Shown here: positions 46,996 through 56,340 of the stretch, piece after piece
Numbering within the stretch: position 1 is the first letter of the stretch
Layout of the letters: each line of letters begins with the position of its first letter
NCBI GenBank assembly: GCA_021201655.1
Contig: JAJQEL010000074.1
Coordinates: 7,029 to 71,028 of the forward strand
Direction: 5' to 3'
DNA from: Erysipelotrichaceae bacterium
GTDB lineage: Bacteria; Bacillota_I; Bacilli_A; Erysipelotrichales; Coprobacillaceae
DNA: 64,000 nucleotides
The notes under the pieces: generated by a model
What the model saw: the letters and a program-made list of their open reading frames with translations, nothing else
Told to the model about the DNA's origin: nothing
Databases searched by the model: none
Program-made: the position numbers and the translations under genes

Positions 46996-49524
46996 TTATT
47001 TCCTCTTTCTATAATTAATAATTATTTCTACAATAGTTGCTTTATCTCCTTCACTAAAAGTTATGTCAAATGCCTCTTCTAATGTTTCTAAAGCAACATT
47101 CACTTTATCAAATTCGATCATATATTCCTTCTTAATATGATCCATATTAAAATTCACAGCTGAGCTTTGTTTCTTATACAATCTATCAATCAAGCATCCC
47201 ATATGTATGAGTAATCCTAATCTAGTATCTTCATCAAATGTTTCATCAAATATATTTTCTAAATGATCTATAAATGGTAACAATGTCTTTTTTAAATCAT
47301 CATAATCGAAGATATCAAATTGTTCTGTTAAATATCTTAATACATCAAAATCATCTTGTTTATCGGCAAATAATTCATGTATTGTATAAATATGTGGTAA
47401 GTGTTGATGATCAACATAAGGAATATTGAATATATCAGGATTATATGTTCCTACTATACCTATGACTTTACCATTGATTTGGATTTCATTAATCTTATTA
47501 ATCAGATTTTGTTTATCTGTAATATTGAAAGCTAAAATACGATAATCACGATAATCTTCTAATGTTTGAAGATATCTTTTAATACTTTCACTGTTATTTT
47601 CATGAACTGAAGATAGAGCTATAACAATATCCTTATGATTTTTACGATTATAAGATATATCTGAATATTCAATTAATACATGTTCATAGACTTCATCTAA
47701 ACTATGGCCTTCTTCGCACTGTTTCCCAGCACTCATAGCTAATAATGGAATAGGCACCTCAATAGCATGCAATGGAATATGTGTATCTTCATAAATAGAA
47801 TCGAGCATAACACGAATAGATCCCATATCATAAAATACCAAAACACCGCTACCTTGATTCATATCTACTATTTTATCTTTTAATAAATCATAAGAAACTT
47901 CTATATCATCTTCTAACAATAAATTAAAATATTCTATATTTCTTATAGGCATCAATGTTTTTACCACCTCTACAATAGATGAAGCAGTGTTTTTACCATG
48001 CATAGCAATGAGAATAGTTACATAACGATTCTGTGATGTTTCAGTTATTGTCATAAATAAAGTAATAATGATTGTTTCATCTATTGATAAATGAATATTG
48101 AATATATTTTGCAACTCTCGTATAAATTTTCTAACAAATATATATTCTTCATCATAGTTATCAATGATATTCATGATATTATCATTGGATAGTCTTTGCT
48201 TGTTTTGATTTTTAATGATGGCGTTATTTAAATGGAGACAAATGCCATAATAAATCTTATTAGAATAAACCTGATTAAAACGTATAGATGCATTGTTTAA
48301 GAAATCCTGAACGATTTTTCTGAGTTTTTCTGAGACAATAGTATTTAGTGTTTCATGTGTCATGTCATGCGTTAATTGATTTAAGTAATCAGTAATCTGA
48401 CTTTCTATATTTGCATAGATATAATCATTGGCATCTTGAGTTGCAAAGCTATGATATGAAGCATCTAGTTTAGAATAAATATTGATATTTTCACTTTTAT
48501 CTTTATATCTTAGAGTTTTATCTGCATAAAAAACATAGTTTGTATTTTTATCAATGATTGTTTCTAATTGAATCATATTATCTTTAAGATATAATAATCC
48601 TTTTCTAACATCTGCAGGCAGATCACTAAGTTCTATGATGACTTCTGACTTCTTTTTACTTTTAACCAATGCATTTGCCACACCATAACGTATATTATTT
48701 CTTAAACCTATAAGATTATCCTGACATGGATAAACCATCAAACATTGCATTAAACCATAATTAATTTCTATTTTTTTATCTAATTGTTTAGCTTCATCTT
48801 GAAGAAACTTTTCTATGAATTGATATCTTTCTAATAAAGATCTATTTTTCAAGGAGGTAAGATGAACGATAAAATTAAATTCGTCTTTTATATAAGATAT
48901 ATCAGTTTCTTCATTCATTTGAACAATAAGTATAAAATCAAGGATTTTATTATTTTGAATATTTGACTTTAATTGCATCATTGTTTGTTTAGATAATTGA
49001 TCAGCATTTCTTAATAATATGAGTCCATGATTGTTCTTAATAAATAGATTATTTAATAATTCTAAATTATTTGATGAACAATTATAAATTGTATAAGGTG
49101 CATCTTTTTGTAGTAAATGTGTTGAACATGCATATTCATATATCTTTTGTGATAGTGTTCTTACACCAACACCTTTTTGACCAATATAGAGAATTCTAGG
49201 AATTCGCATTGGATAAGTTAAAGCTGCTTGAGTAAGTTGTATAGCTTCTTTTAAACTATTATCATAACCAATAAGTGAAGAAAAATAATCATTTTTAAAC
49301 TGTACATCTTGTGATAAATAATAGAGTACTGGGCGCCCGTTTGTTTTTTCAATCAAATTTTCTTTGACTAATTGATTTAAGATACTAGAAATATTGCTTC
49401 TTTGCATATTCAATTGATTAGATAGAAATTGTGTATCAAATTTTGGAAACTCATTGACATTTGTTTGAAATTCTTTTGTATAATCTACAATGAAATCATA
49501 GACACGTTGTTTATTTGTTTTCAT
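46996..49524 (-). CDS. LevR-like PRD/EIIA(Man)-domain transcriptional regulator with degenerate AAA+ module
   Basis: N-terminal wHTH, a P-loop-like GQKGVGVRT, an EIIA-Man-like VTILIAMHGKNTASS, and PRD-like regions. Confidence 0.7.
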   Translation of the reverse strand: MKTNKQRVYDFIVDYTKEFQTNVNEFPKFDTQFLSNQLNMQRSNISSILNQLVKENLIEKTNGRPVLYYLSQDVQFKNDYFSSLIGYDNSLKEAIQLTQAALTYPMRIPRILYIGQKGVGVRTLSQKIYEYACSTHLLQKDAPYTIYNCSSNNLELLNNLFIKNNHGLILLRNADQLSKQTMMQLKSNIQNNKILDFILIVQMNEETDISYIKDEFNFIVHLTSLKNRSLLERYQFIEKFLQDEAKQLDKKIEINYGLMQCLMVYPCQDNLIGLRNNIRYGVANALVKSKKKSEVIIELSDLPADVRKGLLYLKDNMIQLETIIDKNTNYVFYADKTLRYKDKSENINIYSKLDASYHSFATQDANDYIYANIESQITDYLNQLTHDMTHETLNTIVSEKLRKIVQDFLNNASIRFNQVYSNKIYYGICLHLNNAIIKNQNKQRLSNDNIMNIIDNYDEEYIFVRKFIRELQNIFNIHLSIDETIIITLFMTITETSQNRYVTILIAMHGKNTASSIVEVVKTLMPIRNIEYFNLLLEDDIEVSYDLLKDKIVDMNQGSGVLVFYDMGSIRVMLDSIYEDTHIPLHAIEVPIPLLAMSAGKQCEEGHSLDEVYEHVLIEYSDISYNRKNHKDIVIALSSVHENNSESIKRYLQTLEDYRDYRILAFNITDKQNLINKINEIQINGKVIGIVGTYNPDIFNIPYVDHQHLPHIYTIHELFADKQDDFDVLRYLTEQFDIFDYDDLKKTLLPFIDHLENIFDETFDEDTRLGLLIHMGCLIDRLYKKQSSAVNFNMDHIKKEYMIEFDKVNVALETLEEAFDITFSEGDKATIVEIIINYRKRK

Positions 49525-49815
49525 AATCTTCTCCCTTTCTATCTATGTTCATCTTACAAAATAGATATTTTTAAAACAAATTGCCTTTTTTAAATAATCA
49601 AATACAATAAGAGTCTATTTATTACATAAAGCAAGCTTATAGTTTAGTCATATCTTTTAAAAGTTAAACACTATTTTAAATTATGTTGATAATTTCATTT
49701 ATTGTTTAACTTTATTTTGTATATAAAATTTCTTTTATACACTATTTGATTTTTATTATATTTTTTGATTACTTATAAACAATGTCATAAAGAATAATGA
49801 TAGGTAAAAAGGAAT

Positions 49816-49841
49816 AAAAAAACTGTAGATTTCTCTACAGT
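49816..49841 (-). terminator. Intrinsic terminator of the PD-(D/E)XK gene
   Basis: actgtaga/tctacagt stem with a 4-nt loop, followed by T7 on the minus strand. Confidence 0.75.
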
Positions 49842-50648
49842 CTAGTTTAATGCAAGCTCACTTTGGAGTTTAAAAACTTCATCTTTTGGTAATTCAGAAT
49901 ACTTAGCAACTAAATCTAAGGAAAGATTGTCCTTTAACATATTCTTTGCTATCTCCTTAGCTCTTTCTTCTATAAGTTCATCCATATACTGACACATATC
50001 ACTTATACCTCCATCAACACACTTCACACGACTAACACACTCTCTAAAAACATCATAATACATATCTTCTGGATTAGCACACATTAAATCATGACATACT
50101 CTACCTAAATCTGTATCTTCATTTTGTGCAGCTTTCACATTGACATATACAATACCTTTGTTTTTATTGAGACACTCAAATAACACATGACCATGTTTAT
50201 CAAGTTGAATACTTTCTCTTAGAACAGCATCTGCATGATAAACACTCTCTGACATTTTAAAAGTATCAGAAACAACCAGAAAGATAACAAACGCTTTAGC
50301 TAAATCAATCCATTCACATTGCGGCTTGGAATATTTGACTGTAAGCATACACATATGATAATCAGCTCTTTCATATACAGATCCTTCTTTATATTTCTGC
50401 ATCTCAAGATTAAATAATACATTATTTATATCTTTTGCCAATATATCCATAATAATGGATCTAGAGCCTGGATTATCCAAATGCTTATTTGTTTCCATAG
50501 TAGCTAAGTGGATAGTTGAATCATTAAAGATAGTTTGAAGCAAGAATTCAACAGCTTCATTAGTAAAAGCCATTCTTGCTAAAGTGTCATCAATCAATCT
50601 AAGTTTTTTTAATACTTTTAAGTATTTAGTAACATTTGTTTTTTTCAT
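49842..50648 (-). CDS. PD-(D/E)XK nuclease-family (Rpn/YhgA-like, putative transposase-related) protein
   Basis: MDILAKD...FNLEMQKY core. Stand-alone gene with its own terminator. Confidence 0.5.
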   Translation of the reverse strand: MKKTNVTKYLKVLKKLRLIDDTLARMAFTNEAVEFLLQTIFNDSTIHLATMETNKHLDNPGSRSIIMDILAKDINNVLFNLEMQKYKEGSVYERADYHMCMLTVKYSKPQCEWIDLAKAFVIFLVVSDTFKMSESVYHADAVLRESIQLDKHGHVLFECLNKNKGIVYVNVKAAQNEDTDLGRVCHDLMCANPEDMYYDVFRECVSRVKCVDGGISDMCQYMDELIEERAKEIAKNMLKDNLSLDLVAKYSELPKDEVFKLQSELALN

Positions 50649-50654
50649 ATTTTT

Positions 50655-50671
50655 CCTCCATTCAAAGGAGG
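50655..50671 (-). promoter_or_regulatory. Hairpin able to sequester the SD of the PD-(D/E)XK gene
   Basis: The minus strand reads CCTCC-tttgaat-GGAGG-aaaaat-ATG. The anti-SD pairs with the SD. Confidence 0.3.
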
Positions 50672-50874
50672 TTAATATGAAAGATGAGAAATAATTGTTA
50701 AGACAATTACATTATAGCAAATTATTATATATTTCGCAACATCAAACATTAATTATTAGCAATTATTTGTCGCAAAATTATGCATATTCAATATTATTAT
50801 AATCATTCAAGATAAATCAAATATATCTTTTAAACTATGAAATGTTATTGTCGAATTATTTCCTCGGAAATGAA

Positions 50875-50898
50875 ACGAGAATGATTATTCATTCTCGT
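50875..50898 (-). terminator. Hairpin overlapping the stop codon of the IIB-ROK gene
   Basis: 10-bp stem acgagaatga/tcattctcgt with loop ttat. The T-tail is weak. Confidence 0.5.
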
Positions 50899-52294
50899 TG
50901 TTTTCATTAATATAGTCTACACACATCTTTGTTATACCACTTAAAATATAAGGATATGGTTTTTCAATATAGTAGAATTCAGGTAAGAATTCATCATCCA
51001 AGAAAGATTTTAAAGCTTCTTTCACTTCATTGACATTTGGCGTCATTGGTGAATGCAAAGCAACTGCTTCAGGGCCAATAGCTATAAGCGTAGGAAGTAA
51101 AGATTTCGTAACCAATTCTAGTGCGCCATGTTCTGTTTTAATCAACTTATCTGGTTCGTTTGATAACTGCATACGTCTTAAGAAAAATCTTACTTCTCCA
51201 GAAATACCATTCTTTCCTCTTATTGGTTGACCATTTACAATAATTCCTTGACCACCGACACCATAACCAAATGGTTGTGTATGATAAACGACACTTGAAT
51301 ATTCAGGATGCTCTTCACTAAAACCAACAACTGCAGCATTCGCATTATTCTCTGCAAAAAACTTAACATGATATTTATCTTCAAAATCTGCTTTCATATC
51401 AACAGCGCCAGGAATTTGTGGTTCTTTAATAAGTCTATTGTTTTCAACAACACCTGGTGTTGCAATACCAATCATATCAATATGTCCATGTTTCAATAAA
51501 ATGGTATCAATAATATCGTATAAGTCAAATATATTAAATTTACATTTAATAATAAGGTTACTATCAATGATTTCACATTTATCATGAAGTTGATAGAATA
51601 TACGCGTTTTATCATAGTTTCTTACAATGGCAATAGATAATATACGATTTTCATATTCAGTACAGTGTTCACAAGATGTTTCCTCTGTTTCTTCTTTGTC
51701 TTTATAGTAGATTTCTAATTCGCTTTGAACATATTTAATTGCCTCCAAAGCATCATATTGGGCAAAAACTGTTGTTGGTATTTGAAGTACAAGTTTATCT
51801 GTTAATGTATCTTTGAGACGATTTAACATATAACCAATTTGAGGTGCTATGAGTATTACATCATAAGCATTAGCTTCTTCATATATGTTAAGATATGAAA
51901 CAGCATTAAATTCATAGTCTAAACCTAACATATCAGCTGTAGATTGAAGCATTTCAGCAAACATGCCCGTTGTTAAACCTGCACTACAAGATAATAAGAT
52001 ACGTAATGTTTTTTCATCTTTTAAACCTATTAATGTATCGACCATTTCATCATATAGTTGTTTTGCATGATCTTCATCAACAAGTTCAAAGTGAAGATAA
52101 AATTTAGAGGAATTATCTTTATAAGATGTGATACTAAATTCTACAATTGTATTGTCCTCAATATCGGTAAATGTGATAGAGCTTTCACCGTACTGCGTTG
52201 TGAGTTTAATAAGATTATCACTTTCGATATTGATTTGATAATCAGTAGTATTATGTTGTTTAATCCAGGTTTTAAATTCATTTGATTTTGTCAT
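50885..52294 (-). CDS. Three-part protein: unknown N-domain, PTS EIIB (lactose/cellobiose type) domain and ROK-like domain
   Basis: LRILLSCSAGLTTGMFAEML (EIIB Cys loop). ROK signature AENNANAAVVGF...GYGVGGQGIIVNGQPIRGKNGISGEV. Confidence 0.65.
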   Translation of the reverse strand: MTKSNEFKTWIKQHNTTDYQINIESDNLIKLTTQYGESSITFTDIEDNTIVEFSITSYKDNSSKFYLHFELVDEDHAKQLYDEMVDTLIGLKDEKTLRILLSCSAGLTTGMFAEMLQSTADMLGLDYEFNAVSYLNIYEEANAYDVILIAPQIGYMLNRLKDTLTDKLVLQIPTTVFAQYDALEAIKYVQSELEIYYKDKEETEETSCEHCTEYENRILSIAIVRNYDKTRIFYQLHDKCEIIDSNLIIKCKFNIFDLYDIIDTILLKHGHIDMIGIATPGVVENNRLIKEPQIPGAVDMKADFEDKYHVKFFAENNANAAVVGFSEEHPEYSSVVYHTQPFGYGVGGQGIIVNGQPIRGKNGISGEVRFFLRRMQLSNEPDKLIKTEHGALELVTKSLLPTLIAIGPEAVALHSPMTPNVNEVKEALKSFLDDEFLPEFYYIEKPYPYILSGITKMCVDYINENNENE

Positions 52295-52393
52295 TGTTGT
52301 CCCTCTTTTCTTAATATCATTTTACAAATAATTTAAAGAAAAGTAAAATAAAATATATGTATAACACTATAATTATCTTGCATAAAAGCTAGA

Positions 52394-52422
52394 AAGGGTA
52401 AGGAATAGATCTCCTTACCCTT
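52394..52422. terminator. Hairpin downstream of nfnB
   Basis: 11-bp stem aagggtaagga/tccttaccctt. The T-run lies on the plus-strand side, so the orientation is ambiguous. Confidence 0.5.
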
Positions 52423-52501
52423 TTCGTTTTTTGTGATTTTATGTTTCTCAACTTCACAAGATGGTTATAACATTCAAATTATTTTAATTCAAGTATAACT
52501 T

Positions 52502-53890
52502 TTATTGATTCTTTAAGGCTTCATCTATAGCTTGAGCTGCTTTTTTACCAGCACCCATAGCTAAAATAACAGTAGCCGCACCAGTAACAGCATCGCCACC
52601 AGCATAAACACCATCTTTAGATGTCTTCATAGTGTCTTCATCAACAATGATACCACCCCATCTTTGAGTATCTAAACCAGGTGTTGTTTGTCTAATTAAT
52701 GGGTTTGGACTTTGTCCAATGGCAACAATAACAGTACCTGTTTCAATAGAGAAGTTTGAACCTTCTTTAACGATAGGTCTTCTTCTTCCACTTGCATCAG
52801 GTTCACCTAATTCCATTTCTACACATTCCATAGATTTAACCCATCCTTCTTCACCATAGATATGAACTGGATTAGTTAGGAATTTAAAGATAATTCCTTC
52901 TTCTTGAGCATGATGGATTTCTTCAGCTCTAGCTGGTACTTCTTTAGCACTACGACGATAAACGATGTAAACATTTTCAGCTCCTAATCGTTTAGCTGTT
53001 CTAGCCGCATCCATAGCAACGTTACCAGCACCAATAACGCATACGGTATCTGTAATCTTAACAGGTGTAGGATGATCAGGGAACTGATATCCTTTCATTA
53101 AATTCACACGTGTCAAGAATTCATTAGCGACATAAACACCATTCAAGTTTTCTCCAGGGATACCTTGGAAACGTGGAAGTCCTGCTCCACTACCAACAAA
53201 TATAGCTTCATAACCATCAGCTTGTAATTCATCAATAGTAATTGAACGTCCTACAACAACGTTTGTTTCAAAGTCAACACCTAAAGCAGCAACACCATCA
53301 ACTTCTTGTTGAACCAAAGCTTTTGGTAAACGGAATTCTGGTATTCCATAAGATAATACGCCACCTGTTTTATGTAATGCTTCAAATACAGTAACATCAT
53401 AACCTCTTTTAGCAAGTTCTCCTGCACAAGTAATACCAGCTGGGCCACTTCCTACAATAGCTACTTTCTTACCATTCTTTTCAATATTAACTTCTTTTTG
53501 AACACCATGTTCTCTATGATAATCAGCAACAAATCTTTCTAGACGACCAATACCTACTGGTTCACCTCTTCTACCTCTAACACATTGTCCTTCACATTGA
53601 TTTTCTTGTGGACATACACGACCACAAATTGCTGGCAAAGCATTTTCACTTGTAATAATATCATAAGCTGCTTCAAAATCTCCTTCAGCGACTTTAGAGA
53701 TAAAATCAGGAATAGGTACACCTACTGGACAACCTTGAGTACAAGGCTTATTACGACAATTCAAGCATCTTGTGGCTTCTTCCATAGCTTGTTCCTTTGT
53801 ATAACCCAAAGAAACTTCTTCAAAATTTTTATTTCTTACGTTAGGATCCTGTTCAGGCATCTTAACTTTTTCTTGTGACATATTAGGCAT
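52502..53890 (-). CDS. nfnB: NfnB-like / GltD-like NADPH-dependent Fe-S flavoprotein
   Basis: RCLNCRNKPCTQGCPVG, VAIVGSGPAGITCA, GGDAVTG. Paired with an NfnA-like gene through a TAATG overlap. Confidence 0.8.
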   Translation of the reverse strand: MPNMSQEKVKMPEQDPNVRNKNFEEVSLGYTKEQAMEEATRCLNCRNKPCTQGCPVGVPIPDFISKVAEGDFEAAYDIITSENALPAICGRVCPQENQCEGQCVRGRRGEPVGIGRLERFVADYHREHGVQKEVNIEKNGKKVAIVGSGPAGITCAGELAKRGYDVTVFEALHKTGGVLSYGIPEFRLPKALVQQEVDGVAALGVDFETNVVVGRSITIDELQADGYEAIFVGSGAGLPRFQGIPGENLNGVYVANEFLTRVNLMKGYQFPDHPTPVKITDTVCVIGAGNVAMDAARTAKRLGAENVYIVYRRSAKEVPARAEEIHHAQEEGIIFKFLTNPVHIYGEEGWVKSMECVEMELGEPDASGRRRPIVKEGSNFSIETGTVIVAIGQSPNPLIRQTTPGLDTQRWGGIIVDEDTMKTSKDGVYAGGDAVTGAATVILAMGAGKKAAQAIDEALKNQ

Positions 53891-54717
53891 TATCTCTTCA
53901 CCCCCGTAATCTTACATATATGTGATTCTTCGCTCTTAAACATACGTTGTCTTGTAACCAATTCATCAAAATCAACCAATAAGCCATCAAAATCAGGTCC
54001 ATCAACACAAGCGAACTTAATCTTACCATCAACAGTTACACGACAACAACCACACATACCAGTACCATCAATCATAATTGGATTCAATGATACTGAAGTT
54101 TTTAAATTATGAGGTTTTGTTACATTAACAACCGCTCTCATCATAGGAACAGGTCCAATCGCAATAACTTCATCAATTTCATCACCACGATCAATCATAT
54201 CTTTTAATACATCAGTCACAAACCCATGATGGCCCATTGAACCATCATCAGTCGTAATATAAACATTCTTACAGAATTCTTTAAATTTATCTGCCCATAA
54301 AACATATTGTGTTTCACGTCCACCAATAATCACATCACATTCAACACCCATAGCTGCTAAAGCACGTAATTGTGAATATAATGGTGCGCTTCCAACACCA
54401 CCAGCAACACCAACAACATGATTTGATTTCACTAATTTAGTAGGTTCACCTAAAGGTCCAACAAAATCAGTCAAGCAATCACCTTGTTGTAATTTAGATA
54501 ATTGAATAGTAGAATAGCCTACAACCTGATAAATAATAGTAATCGTTTCCTTTTCTCTATCATAATCAGCAATTGTTAAAGGAATTCTTTCACCATCTTC
54601 GCCAACTCTAAGAATAATGAATTGCCCAGGCTCACATTTTCTAGCCACATAAGGTGCATGTACAACCATAAGTTCAACTGCATCATTCAATACTTCTTTC
54701 TTTAAAATTTCGTACAT
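53890..54717 (-). CDS. nfnA: NfnA-like ferredoxin-NADP+ reductase-type FAD/[2Fe-2S] subunit
   Basis: PyrK/sulfide-dehydrogenase-like protein (RIPLTIADY, GGVGSAPL, C-terminal CGCCRV). Confidence 0.8.
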   Translation of the reverse strand: MYEILKKEVLNDAVELMVVHAPYVARKCEPGQFIILRVGEDGERIPLTIADYDREKETITIIYQVVGYSTIQLSKLQQGDCLTDFVGPLGEPTKLVKSNHVVGVAGGVGSAPLYSQLRALAAMGVECDVIIGGRETQYVLWADKFKEFCKNVYITTDDGSMGHHGFVTDVLKDMIDRGDEIDEVIAIGPVPMMRAVVNVTKPHNLKTSVSLNPIMIDGTGMCGCCRVTVDGKIKFACVDGPDFDGLLVDFDELVTRQRMFKSEESHICKITGVKR

Positions 54718-54777
54718 TCTTTCATCCCCTATTCATATTAAAGGCATTATATCATAGCTTTTTTTATTTATCAATAC

Positions 54778-54793
54778 TGTGATAAAACACACA
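54778..54793. promoter_or_regulatory. Weak Rex-box-like palindrome upstream of nfnA
   Basis: TGTGA-taaaac-ACACA lies about 60-75 nt upstream of the nfnA start. It matches 9 of 10 positions of TGTGA-N6-TCACA. Confidence 0.2.
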
Positions 54794-54895
54794 TATCGTG
54801 ATAAAAAAGATTCATTATACCTTTTTCATATTGTAACTGATTATTTCATATTTGTACAATGTTTATTTTTCTATCTACTATAATTTATATGCATA

Positions 54896-55450
54896 TTATT
54901 CAATTGTTTTCATTATCTTTGCTGGTACGCCTGCAATCATCACATTATCAGGAATATCTTTTGTCACGACACTACCAGCAGCTATCACACAACCACTTCC
55001 GATAGTAACTCCAGGCATAACGGATACATTTGCCCCAATCCAACAATTATCTCCAACTATAATTGGTAATGCTTTCTCTAATCCTTTATTTCTACTTTGA
55101 TAGTCTAAAGGATGAGTTGCTGTATAAAAACCACAAGACGGCCCTATAAATACATTGTTACCAATAGTAATATCAGCACAGTCCATAAAATAATTATTAA
55201 TATTAATAAAAACATTATCTCCTAAATGAATATGATAACCATAATCACAATTAAAAGGTGACAATAATTCTAAATTATTAGGCAAGTAACCTAATATATC
55301 TTTAATCATATCATAACGTGATATATCACTAGGTTTTAATTGATTAAGTGCAAAGCACTTATCAAAACATGCATATCTTAATTTTAATAGTTCTTGATTG
55401 TTATTAGCATCATACCATAAGCCTTTATTCATCTTTTCTAATTCATTCAT
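54896..55450 (-). CDS. maa: Maltose/galactoside O-acetyltransferase (hexapeptide repeat)
   Basis: N-terminal Mac domain (MNKGLWYDAN) and LbH repeats. Confidence 0.85.
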   Translation of the reverse strand: MNELEKMNKGLWYDANNNQELLKLRYACFDKCFALNQLKPSDISRYDMIKDILGYLPNNLELLSPFNCDYGYHIHLGDNVFININNYFMDCADITIGNNVFIGPSCGFYTATHPLDYQSRNKGLEKALPIIVGDNCWIGANVSVMPGVTIGSGCVIAAGSVVTKDIPDNVMIAGVPAKIMKTIE

Positions 55451-55528
55451 TTTATTCTCCCTATTTTATAAAATCTTTACTTGACAATATTTTATCCTTC
55501 GTTATTATATAACAAACGGAGGATATTT

Positions 55529-56317
55529 ATGAATACAAAGGTTATATTTTTTGATATAGATGGTACATTAATTAGTGAGAATACTTATACGATTCCTAAA
55601 TCTACTATTAAAGCTATTACTTTAGCCCAGGATAATGGTCATCGTTGTTTTGTGAATACTGGTCGACCTAAATGTACAGTGGATGATATGATTACCGATA
55701 TTCCTTTTGATGGATATATTTGTGGTTGTGGTACTTATGTAGAATATCATGATAGAGTTATTTATCATAATACTTTAGGTGAAGATATTAGAAAACTAGT
55801 GATTCAACTTTGTTTTCAATGTCGTGTTGATGCTGTATTAGAGGGTAAGGATGCTGTTTATTTTACAGAGAATATTAGACATAAAGAATTACAGGATATG
55901 AAAAAGCATTATATTGAATTAGATTGTCCTGTCTATGATGTCAAAGAAAATGAATTGGTTCCTTTTGATAAATTAGCTGTATGGTATCATGATGATAGTG
56001 ATATTGAAACATTTAAAGATGAGTTATCACCATATTTTGAACTTATCCAAAGAGCTGATGATTTCTTAGAAATTGTGCCATTACCCCATTCTAAAGCATC
56101 AGGTATTCAAACTTTAATTGATTATTTACATATGAATATTAATCAAACAATAGCTATTGGTGATTCTACTAATGATTTATCGATGCTTACTTATACAAAA
56201 GAAAGTATTGCTATGGGAAATGCCCATCCTGCTTTATTTGATAAAGTCACTTATGTAACAACTGATATAGAAGATGATGGTGTATTCAACGGATTAAAAC
56301 ATTTTAAGTTATTTTAA
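55529..56317 (+). CDS. Cof-type HAD-IIB phosphatase
   Basis: VIFFDIDGTL, GDSTNDLSM. Start at the ATG after the GGAGG SD. Confidence 0.85.
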   Translation: MNTKVIFFDIDGTLISENTYTIPKSTIKAITLAQDNGHRCFVNTGRPKCTVDDMITDIPFDGYICGCGTYVEYHDRVIYHNTLGEDIRKLVIQLCFQCRVDAVLEGKDAVYFTENIRHKELQDMKKHYIELDCPVYDVKENELVPFDKLAVWYHDDSDIETFKDELSPYFELIQRADDFLEIVPLPHSKASGIQTLIDYLHMNINQTIAIGDSTNDLSMLTYTKESIAMGNAHPALFDKVTYVTTDIEDDGVFNGLKHFKLF

Positions 56318-56320
56318 AAA

Positions 56321-56339
56321 AGGTTCGCAATGCGAACCT
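56321..56339. terminator. Bidirectional terminator between the HAD and ABC exporter genes
   Basis: aggttcgca-a-tgcgaacct flanked by an A-run and a T-run. Confidence 0.7.
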
Positions 56340-56340
56340 T

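Noticed and set aside
49525-49841. A search for a sigma-54 (-24/-12, TGGCAC-N5-TTGCA) promoter upstream of the LevR-like regulator and lac operon.
   Set aside because: No GG/GC-spaced match was seen on either strand in this 317-bp AT-rich region.
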